45,048 bases of DNA, taken from Planctomycetota bacterium (GTDB taxonomy: Bacteria; Planctomycetota; Phycisphaerae; Sedimentisphaerales; Anaerohalosphaeraceae). The number at the start of each line of letters is the position of its first letter. The first letter of the stretch is position 1. The stretch covers positions 1-45,048 of the forward strand of contig JAGLHQ010000027.1 in assembly GCA_023143375.1 (NCBI GenBank). The letters are read 5' to 3'. The notes beneath the pieces are model-generated. The model did not search any database. It had not been told where the DNA came from and saw only the letters and a program-made list of their open reading frames with translations. The translations under genes and the position numbers were made by a program. Below, one piece after another: positions 8,451 through 18,339 of this stretch.

Positions 8451-9677
8451 CTATTTGCGTTTAACACTTTCAAATATTTCTATATAACGCTGCGAAGCAA
8501 ATTCAAAAGAAAGATTTTTGTCGTAGTAATCCATTCCATTATCACCCATTTCCTGCAAGTCTCCTCTGTCCATTTCATAAAACTTCAGGACTTTTTCAGC
8601 AATATCCTTGCTGTTTTCCGGCTCACATCTCAATCCGGCTTTTGCATCTTCTACGAGTTTCGATGCATCTCCTTTTACTCCCATCAAGACCGGTCGTCCA
8701 GTAGCCAAATAGGCCTGGGTTTTTGACGGCACTGTTATTCTAAATAACGGATCGTCACGTAAATGCACCAACAGCACATCTGCGATCCTCAGTATCGAAC
8801 CTATCTCGGAAATCGGTTTTAGAGGATGAAATATTACATTGCTCAACGATAGTTCTGCAACTCTCTGCTTAAGGCTTTCGACCTCTACGCCGCTGCCAAT
8901 AAAAACAAACTGTATGTCAGGTTTATCTTTTTCCAATAACCTCGCAGCTTCTATAACAGAACCAATTGCCTGAGCCTTGCCCATGCCTCCAGCAAAAAGA
9001 ATGTTGAATTTCCCATCCATCCCAAGCTCTCTGGCCAGTTCCTGATTCGGCTCTTCTCGGCATATTAGCGATGAATCACACCAGTTGTAGACTACCTCTA
9101 TTTTTTCCTCCGGAACCCCCCTTTCGATTAGGATTTGCTTCATGCCGGGAGAAATAGCCACGATCATAGATGCACGTTTATAAACAAAGTTACACCACGT
9201 ATTGACAATTTTAAGCAAAGCTTTGTTGTTAAGCATTCCCGTACTGGCCAACGAGTCAGGCCAAAGATCCATAATATTGTATACGAAAGGAATTCTGCGG
9301 AACAGCTTATGCACTATAGCAGGCAAGCCTATTGTCGCCGGGCCCTGTGAAACGAAAGCAACATCGGCATCCTTAACTGCAAACGGGCCGATCAAAGACT
9401 GCGAAAGCGACAAACTGGTATAGCTTAAAATGCGTTTGATCGAAGATTTGTTATGACTCGGATAAATGGGAAGACGAATTACAGGAACACCGTCCATGGT
9501 TTCACGCTGCATAAACTTAACTTTGTAACCATCGTAGATCTTACCGCCCGGATAATTCGGAAAGCCTGTTAAAACCTGAACCTCATGCCCGGCATCCATA
9601 AGTGCCTTTGCAAAAGGTAAACCCACAAAAAAATTAGGCTCGGGTTGAAAGTAATGTTCGATAAATAAAATCTTCAT
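8451..9677 (-). CDS. wbuB: GT4 glycosyltransferase, WbuB-like (putative L-FucNAc transferase)
   Basis: 'MKILFIEHYFQPEPN...TGFPNYPGGKIYDGY' is the typical WbuB-type N-terminus. C-terminal GT-B motif 'PSKTQAYLATGRPVL'. It sits in the same cassette as fnlABC. Confidence 0.7.
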   Translation of the reverse strand: MKILFIEHYFQPEPNFFVGLPFAKALMDAGHEVQVLTGFPNYPGGKIYDGYKVKFMQRETMDGVPVIRLPIYPSHNKSSIKRILSYTSLSLSQSLIGPFAVKDADVAFVSQGPATIGLPAIVHKLFRRIPFVYNIMDLWPDSLASTGMLNNKALLKIVNTWCNFVYKRASMIVAISPGMKQILIERGVPEEKIEVVYNWCDSSLICREEPNQELARELGMDGKFNILFAGGMGKAQAIGSVIEAARLLEKDKPDIQFVFIGSGVEVESLKQRVAELSLSNVIFHPLKPISEIGSILRIADVLLVHLRDDPLFRITVPSKTQAYLATGRPVLMGVKGDASKLVEDAKAGLRCEPENSKDIAEKVLKFYEMDRGDLQEMGDNGMDYYDKNLSFEFASQRYIEIFESVKRK

Positions 9678-9804
9678 AAATTAGAGACTTTTGAAAAATG
9701 CGATGTTTTTGGTTAATCGACTTGTTTTGATTTTCATTCTGGGTTTCGAACGAACATTTATTGTCGCGATGTAAATAGAATAGTTTTTCAAGGGTTCCGA
9801 TCTG

Positions 9805-10188
9805 CTACTTAAGCTGCCATCCATCGGGACAATAATCCATCCAGTGATTGACAAAATCGCTAAAATCGACATTGTCAACTTTATTGTTACCGTCAAGATC
9901 GGCAGGTATACCTTGTCCTGAATCTAACCAATAAGACATAAAGTTGGACAGGTCGGTCAGACTGACGATACAGTAATAATTACCAGGCCAGAAGCCGCCG
10001 CTAAGAACATAATCACTACCCATAGCGACTGTATCTGCATCGGGCGATCCTATCGTTGCTGTTAATGTATAGCTGCCGCCTGTGCTTGTACTGCCGCCGG
10101 CGTCTATCTTGTGCCAAGTGATAGAGTAGTCCGCAAGAGCTACCGATACAACAATCCCAAACATGCATATAAAGAATAATTGTTTCAT
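9805..10188 (-). CDS. Small secreted protein with a C-terminal dockerin/EF-hand-like repeat
   Basis: Signal peptide 'FFICMFGIVVSVALA'. 'YVLSGGFW' motif. 'DLDGNNKVDNVDFSDFVNHW' is a Ca-binding dockerin-like loop. Confidence 0.5.
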   Translation of the reverse strand: MKQLFFICMFGIVVSVALADYSITWHKIDAGGSTSTGGSYTLTATIGSPDADTVAMGSDYVLSGGFWPGNYYCIVSLTDLSNFMSYWLDSGQGIPADLDGNNKVDNVDFSDFVNHWMDYCPDGWQLK

Positions 10189-10283
10189 TATGAGTCTCGT
10201 TTAGCCGCTAATCTTTGTATACTTTCAAGGTGACTTCTTTTCCAATTTCCGTTTAGAATCTGCACAACAACTGTACCCTCAAT

Positions 10284-12326
10284 CTATGGAACAGGTATCT
10301 TAACCCAGGATGTTTTAGTTGTGCCCACCGATTGCCATAGTGCACCGCCGGTTCCATCGGTCTGTCTGTAAAGGGTGCCTGCTTCACCAGGCACAACTCT
10401 ATCATATGGTGAACCTGCCCCAATCAAGGCACCTGTTGCCTTTGTGATATTCGACCAATCAAATATTGCCTCTCCCGCTATAATCGTATTAGTATTGTCC
10501 CAGGCGAGCCACCCGACAGGATTATTCAGATAATCTTTTGTAATATAAACGGCATAGCCTCCAGGGGCGTTAAAAGTGTTCGCAGAAAATTTGAGATAAG
10601 ACATGCCTCTAAGCGTACAGGCATAAAATGTTGGTATAGAATGTTCAAATGTATTTCCAATGACAGACCATTTCGAGTCTTTAGCGTCTCCGGTACAAAT
10701 CAACCCAAATCCATTTGGACTTGTAATCTGGTTACCGGAAATAACAACGTTCCCATTGTTATCATACACCCGAATGCCGTGCTCAGTTCCGATGGCACCA
10801 TCTGAAGCTCCACAAATAACATTGTCGGAAATCATCATATCTGTTACATTCCCTGCAATTACCCCATAACCACCATTACGTAAAATGTTATTTGAAATAA
10901 TAACACTGTCAGCATAGCTTGTTTTTATACCACTGACAGTAATGCACGCCTGTTTTCCAACGCCCGTCTGGCCGCCTGGAGTATCTACAATGTTATTTGA
11001 AATAATAGCTCTGGGACGATAGTTGCTTCCAGCTTGATACCCCGGAACATAGCTAATTGCGCCCTCTGTAGCTATATTCTTTGTAGTTGTTTGTCCATTA
11101 CAAATAAAATTATCAGTACACACAAAATTTTTCACACTTTTTGCCGAAATTGCACAAAAACCGCATTGTTCAAAATAATTTCCTATTATCCGAGCGCCGT
11201 TTAAAGTTGGATAACAATGTACAGGAGAAATATCACTAACTCCATAATGTTGGCCGATACCATAGAAATAACACCCGCTAACTTCTAGTGTTGTCATATT
11301 ATCATCTACGTTAATAAACATTCCTCCCGGAGAAGCACCGTCTGCATGTGCAGGAACCTTGGCGACAAAGTCACAGTTAGTGACACGAATTACGCCTCCA
11401 ACATTAGCTTGCCCGCTTACTACTATAATGGCACAAGTTGAATCTCCCTCCAAATTAACGCATTCAGCCATGTTAGTAAACTTACAGCCGTCAATGACGA
11501 AATTGCCGCCAAAATTCTGCATATAGAATGCGGATCTAACCGTGTTGACGAACTTTACGTCATAAATCTCAACGCTCTTTCCCGACTCGATCGGACCAGC
11601 GAAAAGCACGGGCCATTTGAGCTGATTGTCTTTATTGCCATCAAATGTTCCGCCGCGAATTGTCAGGCTGTTAGCTTGAAAATCGACCATTTGCACACTA
11701 TTTCCTGCCTTGTGCTTGATCGTAGCTGCAGGGTCTAAGTTCCAATATGAATCGATAGTGAGATCAAGGTTACCAATAACATACGTCCCTGGCGGAACAT
11801 GCATTTGTTCACCTGATGCAGCTGCAATTGCTGCTGAAAAGGCGGCTGTATCATCCGTGATCCCGTCGCCCTTGGCTCCATAATCCTTAACATTAACAAA
11901 AAGGCTCTCATTAGTCTTGCCAGCCGTTTCCGCATAAAGGACATATGGCACAGCTGTAATCCGCTGACGAGGTAACAGTTGCGTATAAGTGTTAGGATCT
12001 TCAAGTTCACCAGGTCGGACAGCAACTTCTAACCAGCGAGCATTGCCATCAAACGCAACACTTCCGAAATCCAACAACACTGTAAAGTAACCATCAACAA
12101 CATCAATATCCACCCGGCTGAGATCGCTTCCGATCTGACCGCCTCCAGTTCCGGCACCGAAAAGTTTAAACTGAAAGTCAAAGGAACCGTCAGCTGCGCT
12201 TCCGGCATCAGAAAGACGCCCCTGATACGTAAAGGCGGTTCCTAGAGGCTCAGCAATAATGTTGGAAGTTATGGATAGTGCGACCAGCAAGATCGCAACA
12301 TATAATGAAAACTTCAAAAACCTCAT
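10284..12326 (-). CDS. Secreted right-handed beta-helix (pectate-lyase-fold) protein, glycanase/tailspike-like
   Basis: Signal peptide. 'VKDYGAKGDGITDDTAAF' (pectate_lyase_3-type N-cap). There are many '(I/V)-x-x-N-x-(I/V)' coils ('ISNNIV', 'ISNNIL', 'ISDNVI', 'ISGNQI'). Confidence 0.7.
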   Translation of the reverse strand: MRFLKFSLYVAILLVALSITSNIIAEPLGTAFTYQGRLSDAGSAADGSFDFQFKLFGAGTGGGQIGSDLSRVDIDVVDGYFTVLLDFGSVAFDGNARWLEVAVRPGELEDPNTYTQLLPRQRITAVPYVLYAETAGKTNESLFVNVKDYGAKGDGITDDTAAFSAAIAAASGEQMHVPPGTYVIGNLDLTIDSYWNLDPAATIKHKAGNSVQMVDFQANSLTIRGGTFDGNKDNQLKWPVLFAGPIESGKSVEIYDVKFVNTVRSAFYMQNFGGNFVIDGCKFTNMAECVNLEGDSTCAIIVVSGQANVGGVIRVTNCDFVAKVPAHADGASPGGMFINVDDNMTTLEVSGCYFYGIGQHYGVSDISPVHCYPTLNGARIIGNYFEQCGFCAISAKSVKNFVCTDNFICNGQTTTKNIATEGAISYVPGYQAGSNYRPRAIISNNIVDTPGGQTGVGKQACITVSGIKTSYADSVIISNNILRNGGYGVIAGNVTDMMISDNVICGASDGAIGTEHGIRVYDNNGNVVISGNQITSPNGFGLICTGDAKDSKWSVIGNTFEHSIPTFYACTLRGMSYLKFSANTFNAPGGYAVYITKDYLNNPVGWLAWDNTNTIIAGEAIFDWSNITKATGALIGAGSPYDRVVPGEAGTLYRQTDGTGGALWQSVGTTKTSWVKIPVP

Positions 12327-12507
12327 TACACCCTCCTGCGTTAAATTTCATTCCGAGACCGTAGTGTCTCATCCCAAAGCTGACTTCATATTAGCCTGAA
12401 GCATTATACCAAATTTCGCCTAATTATTAAATCATAATCTTGGAAATTTCTTTCATCTTGAACAAAAACCATGCCAATTCCTCAAAATATAGATTGTTCG
12501 AGCCGCA

Positions 12508-13641
12508 TTATCCTAAATCATTATATTTAGTTCCACTCCACAGATTGCTTAATTTTGCCATACCAAGGATCAATTTGACAACCCGAACGGAAGTATTACC
12601 GATATTGTAATCATTCGGAACGCACATTCCCTTTTGAAGAATATCGTCAGACACCTGTAATTTAATTGCATTCAATATCACTTCAGGATCGGTGCCGGTG
12701 ACAACAATTGAACCTGTATCCATTGCTTCAGGACGCTCAATAGCATTTCGCACAGTTATCGCAGGAAAATCTAACATCGAAGATTCCTCGCAAATCGTCC
12801 CGCTGTCACTGATAACACAAAGTGCTTTCATCTGTAACTTTACATAATCAAAAAACCCAAATGGCTTCATGAATTTAATATTTTCATTTATATCCTTTTT
12901 GCCCAAAGCCTCCAGGCGTTTTCTTGTTCGCGGATGCGTTGAAACAACTACCGGCATATCGTATTCCGCAGCAATTTTTTCTAACGCTTCAAGCAATTGC
13001 GTAAGGCTGTCACGCCTGTCTACATTTTCTTCGCGATGAATGCTTGCAAGGAAATATTTTTTTTCTTTAAGACCAAGCTTTTCAACGGCATCGGACGCCT
13101 TAATCTTTTCAATGTGATCGTTCAAAACTTCACGCATTGGAGAGCCCGTAACATAAATTCTTCTATGTGGAAGCCCTTCGCTTATCAAATGCCTTCTGGC
13201 ATGTTCTGTATAACAAAGGTTGAAATCGCTGATGTGATCGATTATCCGTCTGTTGGTTTCCTCGGGAACATTCTCGTCGTAACTGCGGTTACCAGCCTCC
13301 ATATGGAAAATAGGGATCTTCAATCGTTTGGCAATAATAGCTGCTATGGAACTATTTGTATCTCCAAGAATTAAAACCGCGTCCGGCTGTTCTTTTCGCA
13401 ATATCTCTTCTGCTTTGATCATTATGCCGCCATAAACATGACCAAGGCTTGAAGTGTCAATGTTCATAAAATAATCGGGTTTCTTTACGCCAAGTTCTTC
13501 AAAGAAAACTTCGTTTAGTTCGTAATCATAGTTTTGACCAGTATGAACCAGAACATGCTCGACATGTTTTTCAAGCAACGCCAGCACTGATGATATTCTG
13601 ATGATCTCAGGACGTGTCCCTAATATAGTTACCACTTTCAT
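12508..13641 (-). CDS. fnlC: UDP-GlcNAc 2-epimerase family, FnlC/CapG-like (last step to UDP-L-FucNAc)
   Basis: 'ILGTRPEIIR', 'HMEAGNRS', 'SDSGTICEE'. It lies immediately downstream of the fnlA/fnlB homologues. Confidence 0.8.
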   Translation of the reverse strand: MKVVTILGTRPEIIRISSVLALLEKHVEHVLVHTGQNYDYELNEVFFEELGVKKPDYFMNIDTSSLGHVYGGIMIKAEEILRKEQPDAVLILGDTNSSIAAIIAKRLKIPIFHMEAGNRSYDENVPEETNRRIIDHISDFNLCYTEHARRHLISEGLPHRRIYVTGSPMREVLNDHIEKIKASDAVEKLGLKEKKYFLASIHREENVDRRDSLTQLLEALEKIAAEYDMPVVVSTHPRTRKRLEALGKKDINENIKFMKPFGFFDYVKLQMKALCVISDSGTICEESSMLDFPAITVRNAIERPEAMDTGSIVVTGTDPEVILNAIKLQVSDDILQKGMCVPNDYNIGNTSVRVVKLILGMAKLSNLWSGTKYNDLG

Positions 13642-13644
13642 CGT

Positions 13645-14763
13645 TTAAACCTCTTCATAAAAAGTATCCGGATCTTCGGAATTGAAATGTTCATTAATCC
13701 AAAACAGGGTTACCAGTTCCGTGTCACCACTATTCGTAATATTATGCGTATAGTAAATGGGCATCTCAACCCATGATGGTTTGTCACCGGAGACTTTGTA
13801 TTCGAGGACCTTATCGGTACCGATCCGCCTCAGTTTAATCGAGGCCTGACCACTGACCACGCAAAACTTTTCATTCTTGCGAACATGGTAATGGTTGCCG
13901 CGGGTAATGCCGGGTCTGGTCGTCGAAAAGGAAACCTGACCGCCTTTTTCCAGCTTAAACACTTCAACAAAACTGCCGCGATCATCGGTATTGAGCGTCA
14001 GATTTCGCTCCCAGTCCGCGGCATCCATATACGTCATAAATGTATTGTATAAATCCCGCTCAAAATCAGAAGCGATGGAGGGAACCATACCGCTGCCGAA
14101 ATAAAAATCTTTGAACTTGTTTAATAAGGCAAGAACTTCGGACACCTTGACATCAACTCTGGGCTTTAAAGACTCCACACGATAGCCGTCAACCGGATTA
14201 TCGATCAAGTTAACAATATCTTCGAGTAAATCGTTAATATAGATCATGCTCATCTGTCCATCTTTGATAATGGTCGGCTGTTCGCCGTGAGTGATCTGAT
14301 GGCAGAAGGTTGCAACGACGGAATTATAAAAGGGTCTGCCGTTATCACCAAAAACATTGGGAACCACCATTGACACTGTAGATGCCTCTGTTTTTCGTGT
14401 CCACTCTTCAAGCAATTCCATCGCCCGCTTCTTACCTCGTCCGTATTCATTGTCTCGCTCAACTTGCGTGCTGGACGAAAAAAGGATCGCAGGCTTGTTG
14501 CCGGATGCATCAACATATTCCAACAGCTTTTGCATCAACTCAATGTTTTTCTGATAGATCACTTCCGGCTCGTCACGGTTAACGCCTGCCAGATGAATAA
14601 TGACATCAGCCTTTTTGGCAAACTCGATAAACGCTTCCGGGTTCTCATAGTAGCTGTCTTCAAACGGCAATACCTCAAACCGTTCTTCCCTTGAAAGGCG
14701 ATCTCGCAAATGTGAACCAACGAACCCTGCCATGCCGGTAATTCCGATTTGAAATTTACTCAT
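13645..14763 (-). CDS. fnlB: FnlB/CapF-like bifunctional reductase/epimerase (SDR N-domain plus C-terminal cupin)
   Basis: 'GITGMAGFVGSH' Rossmann motif. The C-terminal cupin signature is 'TRGNHYHVRKNEKFCVVSG'. 372 aa, as in CapF. Confidence 0.8.
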   Translation of the reverse strand: MSKFQIGITGMAGFVGSHLRDRLSREERFEVLPFEDSYYENPEAFIEFAKKADVIIHLAGVNRDEPEVIYQKNIELMQKLLEYVDASGNKPAILFSSSTQVERDNEYGRGKKRAMELLEEWTRKTEASTVSMVVPNVFGDNGRPFYNSVVATFCHQITHGEQPTIIKDGQMSMIYINDLLEDIVNLIDNPVDGYRVESLKPRVDVKVSEVLALLNKFKDFYFGSGMVPSIASDFERDLYNTFMTYMDAADWERNLTLNTDDRGSFVEVFKLEKGGQVSFSTTRPGITRGNHYHVRKNEKFCVVSGQASIKLRRIGTDKVLEYKVSGDKPSWVEMPIYYTHNITNSGDTELVTLFWINEHFNSEDPDTFYEEV

Positions 14764-14786
14764 TATATAACTCCCACTTCTATTTA

Positions 14787-15803
14787 TTAAAGTTCTGCCG
14801 TCACTTCCGGTAGACTAAGCAGCAACTCTTCGACCTGCTTAACGTTTAGCTGTTCCGTATTATGAGATGTATAGTCGTCTATCAGGACTTCTTCGGTATC
14901 GCCTTCAGTGAAATACTTCGTATAGTTAAGATCGCGATCGTCAAGTATCACGCGATAATATTCTCCCATATCCTCGCATCTCCGCAACTCTTCGCGGGTA
15001 CACAGGGTTTCGTATATCTTTTCTGAGTGGCGTATCCCGATAACCTTGACCGGAGCCTCAGATTTAAACAGGTTCTTTACCGCTGTTGCCAGATCTATAA
15101 TCGTAGACGCCGGTGCTTTCTTTACGAACAAATCACCCTGATTGGCATTTTCAAATGCAAACAACACCAGATCCACGGCATTTCTAAGAGGAAGCAAAAA
15201 CCGTGTCATCTCGGGAACGGTAACCGTCAAAGGCTTACCTTCTTTGATCTGCCTGATAAACAACGGTATCACCGACCCCCTTGAACACATAACATTTCCA
15301 TAACGAACTGAAGAAATGACCGTGTTTTCTGAGGTCTCTCTACGAGCTGCCGCCTGAGCAACCTTTTCCATCACCGCCTTGGTCATGCCCATCGTATTGA
15401 TCGGATAAACCGCCTTATCTGTGCCGAGGCACACAACCCTTGAAACACCATGAGCGATTGCAGACTCGATCACATTATTACTTCCGACTATGTTAGTCAA
15501 AACCGCCTGCATTGGAAAAAACTCACAAGATGGAACCTGCTTCAGTGCTGCTGCGTGGAAAATATAGTCAACGCTATCCATAGCCTTATTAACGCTGTCT
15601 ATATCGCGAACGTCACCGATATGAAACTTGAGTTTATCGTTGCTAAGGGCTATCCGCATCTCTTCCTGCTTTAATTCGTCCCTGCTGAATATGCGAATCT
15701 CTTTGACACCCACATCTTCTTTAAGTAAACGTTTTACCACCGATTTACCGAAAGAACCCGTACCACCTGTTATTAAAATTGTTTTGTTAGATAACTTGTC
15801 CAT
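14787..15803 (-). CDS. fnlA: UDP-GlcNAc 4,6-dehydratase/5-epimerase (FnlA/CapE/WbjB type)
   Basis: 'ILITGGTGSFGK'. 'MGMTKAVMEK' is the M-x-x-x-K variant of the SDR catalytic motif typical of CapE/FnlA. Confidence 0.85.
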   Translation of the reverse strand: MDKLSNKTILITGGTGSFGKSVVKRLLKEDVGVKEIRIFSRDELKQEEMRIALSNDKLKFHIGDVRDIDSVNKAMDSVDYIFHAAALKQVPSCEFFPMQAVLTNIVGSNNVIESAIAHGVSRVVCLGTDKAVYPINTMGMTKAVMEKVAQAAARRETSENTVISSVRYGNVMCSRGSVIPLFIRQIKEGKPLTVTVPEMTRFLLPLRNAVDLVLFAFENANQGDLFVKKAPASTIIDLATAVKNLFKSEAPVKVIGIRHSEKIYETLCTREELRRCEDMGEYYRVILDDRDLNYTKYFTEGDTEEVLIDDYTSHNTEQLNVKQVEELLLSLPEVTAEL

Positions 15804-16077
15804 TATTTACTCCTATTAGTCAATTTACACTGACGATTCATTTCCTATAAACCTTCAAAACTACTCGATACTTTTCCCCAACCAGAACATTTGGTGAAAT
15901 TACTCTGAATGTCTCTCGCGACATATTCGTACATAACTATTTGTTTAGCTCCCTGACGTTCCTACGTAAATCTTTACTACCTTTACGGGCCTTTTCAAAT
16001 AAATCTCGCGTCGTTTTTCCCATACCACGATTGTGGTCATGGGGAATTATCAAAATAGGCATTGTCTGTGGAAAATA

Positions 16078-17193
16078 TTAATCGCCTTGTTCACCTAAAA
16101 CCGTTGCTATTTTATCGGCACTGTGGCCATCACCGTATAGATCGGATACATCGCAGGCAAAGCCTTGGGCCGCCTCATTCTCGGCTTTTTCCACAGCATC
16201 CATTATCGCAGACGTATCCGAACCCACCACTCGATTACACCCCGCCGTTACAAGTTCTGTCCACTCGGTCTCGTCACGCAAAGTAACACATGGAACATTG
16301 GCCCAGTAAGCCTCCTTCTGAACGCCTCCCGAATCAGTCAATATTACTCGCGAGTTCTTTTCCAGAATCAGCATATCCAAATAAGAAACCGGATCGATTA
16401 TCTTTATCCTTGACCCGAGTTTATCTATCTCCGCTCCAAGAGTATTCTTTGTTCGCGGATGTATAGGCAGCAATATTGGCATGTCAATTTGGCTTAACGC
16501 ATTCAAAATACCATCCATTCTATCTTTATCGTCGGTATTTTCCGCCCGATGGATCGTCGCCAGATAGAATGACTTTTCTTTCAAGCCCAACTGATCCATT
16601 ATCGTGCTGGATTGTTCTGCCAGAGTCATATTAAATAAAACCGAATCATACATTACATCACCAACTTGATGTACACCTTTGGTAATTCCCTCGTTAGCGA
16701 GATTCTCAACAGCTGTATCTGTTGGGCAGAGCAATTTCTCTGAAATATGATCGGCAACAACACGGTTTATTTCTTCCGGCATCCGACGGTTAAAACTTCG
16801 TAAACCGGATTCAACATGTGCGACAGGGATATGAATTTTTACAGCTGCAAGAGCTGCTGCAAGCGTTGAATTCGTATCACCGTAGATCAACGTCCAATCG
16901 GGCTTGTTCTCCAGTAATATGCTTTCGATCTTTTCAAGCATAAGGCCGCTTTGACGACCATGAGAGCCCGAGCCAACCTCAAGATTAACAGAGGGATGTG
17001 GGATTTTCAGCTGATCGAAAAACACCTTAGACATGTTCTCATCATAATGCTGGCCGGTATGCACTATTTGTTCTTCAAAGCATACGTCGTCACTCTGTTT
17101 GTTAAACTCAGCAAACGCTCTGCTCACCGCAGCCGCTTTGATAAACTGAGGACGTGCGCCTACAACTGTTACTATTTTCAAAATCTTTTTCAT
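16078..17193 (-). CDS. wbpI: UDP-GlcNAc 2-epimerase family, WbpI-like (UDP-2,3-diacetamido-2,3-dideoxy-glucuronate 2-epimerase type)
   Basis: 'VVGARPQFIK', 'HTGQHYDENMS', 'HVESGLRSFN', 'TDSGGVQKEA'. It is adjacent to the WbpB-like gene. The track start is TTG; ATG is at 17193. Confidence 0.7.
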   Translation of the reverse strand: MKKILKIVTVVGARPQFIKAAAVSRAFAEFNKQSDDVCFEEQIVHTGQHYDENMSKVFFDQLKIPHPSVNLEVGSGSHGRQSGLMLEKIESILLENKPDWTLIYGDTNSTLAAALAAVKIHIPVAHVESGLRSFNRRMPEEINRVVADHISEKLLCPTDTAVENLANEGITKGVHQVGDVMYDSVLFNMTLAEQSSTIMDQLGLKEKSFYLATIHRAENTDDKDRMDGILNALSQIDMPILLPIHPRTKNTLGAEIDKLGSRIKIIDPVSYLDMLILEKNSRVILTDSGGVQKEAYWANVPCVTLRDETEWTELVTAGCNRVVGSDTSAIMDAVEKAENEAAQGFACDVSDLYGDGHSADKIATVLGEQGD

Positions 17194-17261
17194 CAAATGT
17201 CTCTCTTAGTCCAAAAACTCAAGAATATGCTCAGCTATGCAAACTACCATATTAAAACATT

Positions 17262-18209
17262 TTATTTATCCTTCTTCATAAAATTATGACACTCGCCTTT
17301 TACGCCGACAACTTCGGCATTACGAATGTGCGATACGATCTCAAGAGAAGGCGCAACATCGTCCATCCCAAAACCATCCCCAGCCAATATCCTCTTATAG
17401 CTTTCGGTGTGCAGATCTGTAAAACCTCCTGAAAACTCGATCTCTTCGCCATCAACTGTGATCGAACGATAAGTCATAGGTTTATCAGGCTCAGGTTTAA
17501 ACGGAAGATCATTCCGGTCAAGAGAAAGGAACCATTTCACCTTAGCCTTTTCCAGTTCAAGAAAACCGCCAGCCTTTCGAGACTCGCGAACATGAACCAC
17601 GTTTTGCTTGACCGAGCCAAAAATCCACGACAGCATATCAAAGAAATGGACGCCGATATTGGTTGCCACCCCGCCGGACTTGCTTATGTCACCTTTCCAC
17701 GATCTCATATACCAATTCCCGCGAGAAGTGATATACGTAAGGTCTATCTCATGGATCTTATCGTCAGGTGAGTTGTCGATCTTTTCTTTTAGTGCAACTA
17801 TCGAAGGGTGCAGCCGAAGCTGTAAAATAGTGTTAACTTTTCTACCGACTTCGTTTGCTATTTCAGTAAGAGATGTGACATTCCACGGATTAACCACAAG
17901 AGGCTTTTCGCAGATCACATCGGCTCCGATACGAAGCCCAAATCGCACATGAGCATCGTGAAGATAGTTCGGTGAACATATCGTGACATAATCGACTGCA
18001 TGACCATCTTTGCGGCGAAGTTTTTCCAGATGCCTGTCAAACCGCTCAAACTCCGTAAAAAAGTCCGCATCGGGGAAATAGGAATCGATGATCCCCACAG
18101 AATCATGCTTATCCAGAGCAGCCACAAGAACATTGCCCGTATCTTTTATCGCCCGCAAATGCCGTGGAGCGATATAACCACCAACACCTATTAAAGCAAA
18201 TTTTTTCAT
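17262..18209 (-). CDS. wbpB: Gfo/Idh/MocA oxidoreductase, WbpB-like (UDP-GlcNAcA 3-dehydrogenase type)
   Basis: 'MKKFALIGVGGYIAPRHLRAIKDTGNVLVAALDKHDSVGIIDSYFP..FFTEFERFDRH' closely follows the WbpB N-terminus as I recall it. The track start 18218 is GTG; ATG is at 18209. Confidence 0.75.
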   Translation of the reverse strand: MKKFALIGVGGYIAPRHLRAIKDTGNVLVAALDKHDSVGIIDSYFPDADFFTEFERFDRHLEKLRRKDGHAVDYVTICSPNYLHDAHVRFGLRIGADVICEKPLVVNPWNVTSLTEIANEVGRKVNTILQLRLHPSIVALKEKIDNSPDDKIHEIDLTYITSRGNWYMRSWKGDISKSGGVATNIGVHFFDMLSWIFGSVKQNVVHVRESRKAGGFLELEKAKVKWFLSLDRNDLPFKPEPDKPMTYRSITVDGEEIEFSGGFTDLHTESYKRILAGDGFGMDDVAPSLEIVSHIRNAEVVGVKGECHNFMKKDK

Positions 18210-18339
18210 CCATCGCACCTTTATGTTAATTAAAAATCGAATGCAGCTATGACCAGAAAGCCGAAGTAAGCAAAATAATAATCGAGTCTATTTCATGCTA
18301 TTGCTTCTACAGGCAAAAAACAAACTGTTTAAACAGACA

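Noticed and set aside
9681-9896. 71-aa minus-strand ORF between the WbuB-like gene and the small secreted protein; also the overlapping 75-aa ORF at 22278-22505
   Set aside because: Both overlap the 3' portions of better-supported genes in another frame and have no supporting signals.
15937-16062. 41-codon minus-strand ORF (MPILIIPHDHNRGMGKTTRDLFEKARKGSKDLRRNVRELNK) in the 274-bp gap between the WbpI-like gene and fnlA
   Set aside because: It has no SD and no family I can recognise, and it is below any reliable length threshold. It could be a gene relic or small protein, but that cannot be supported from sequence alone.
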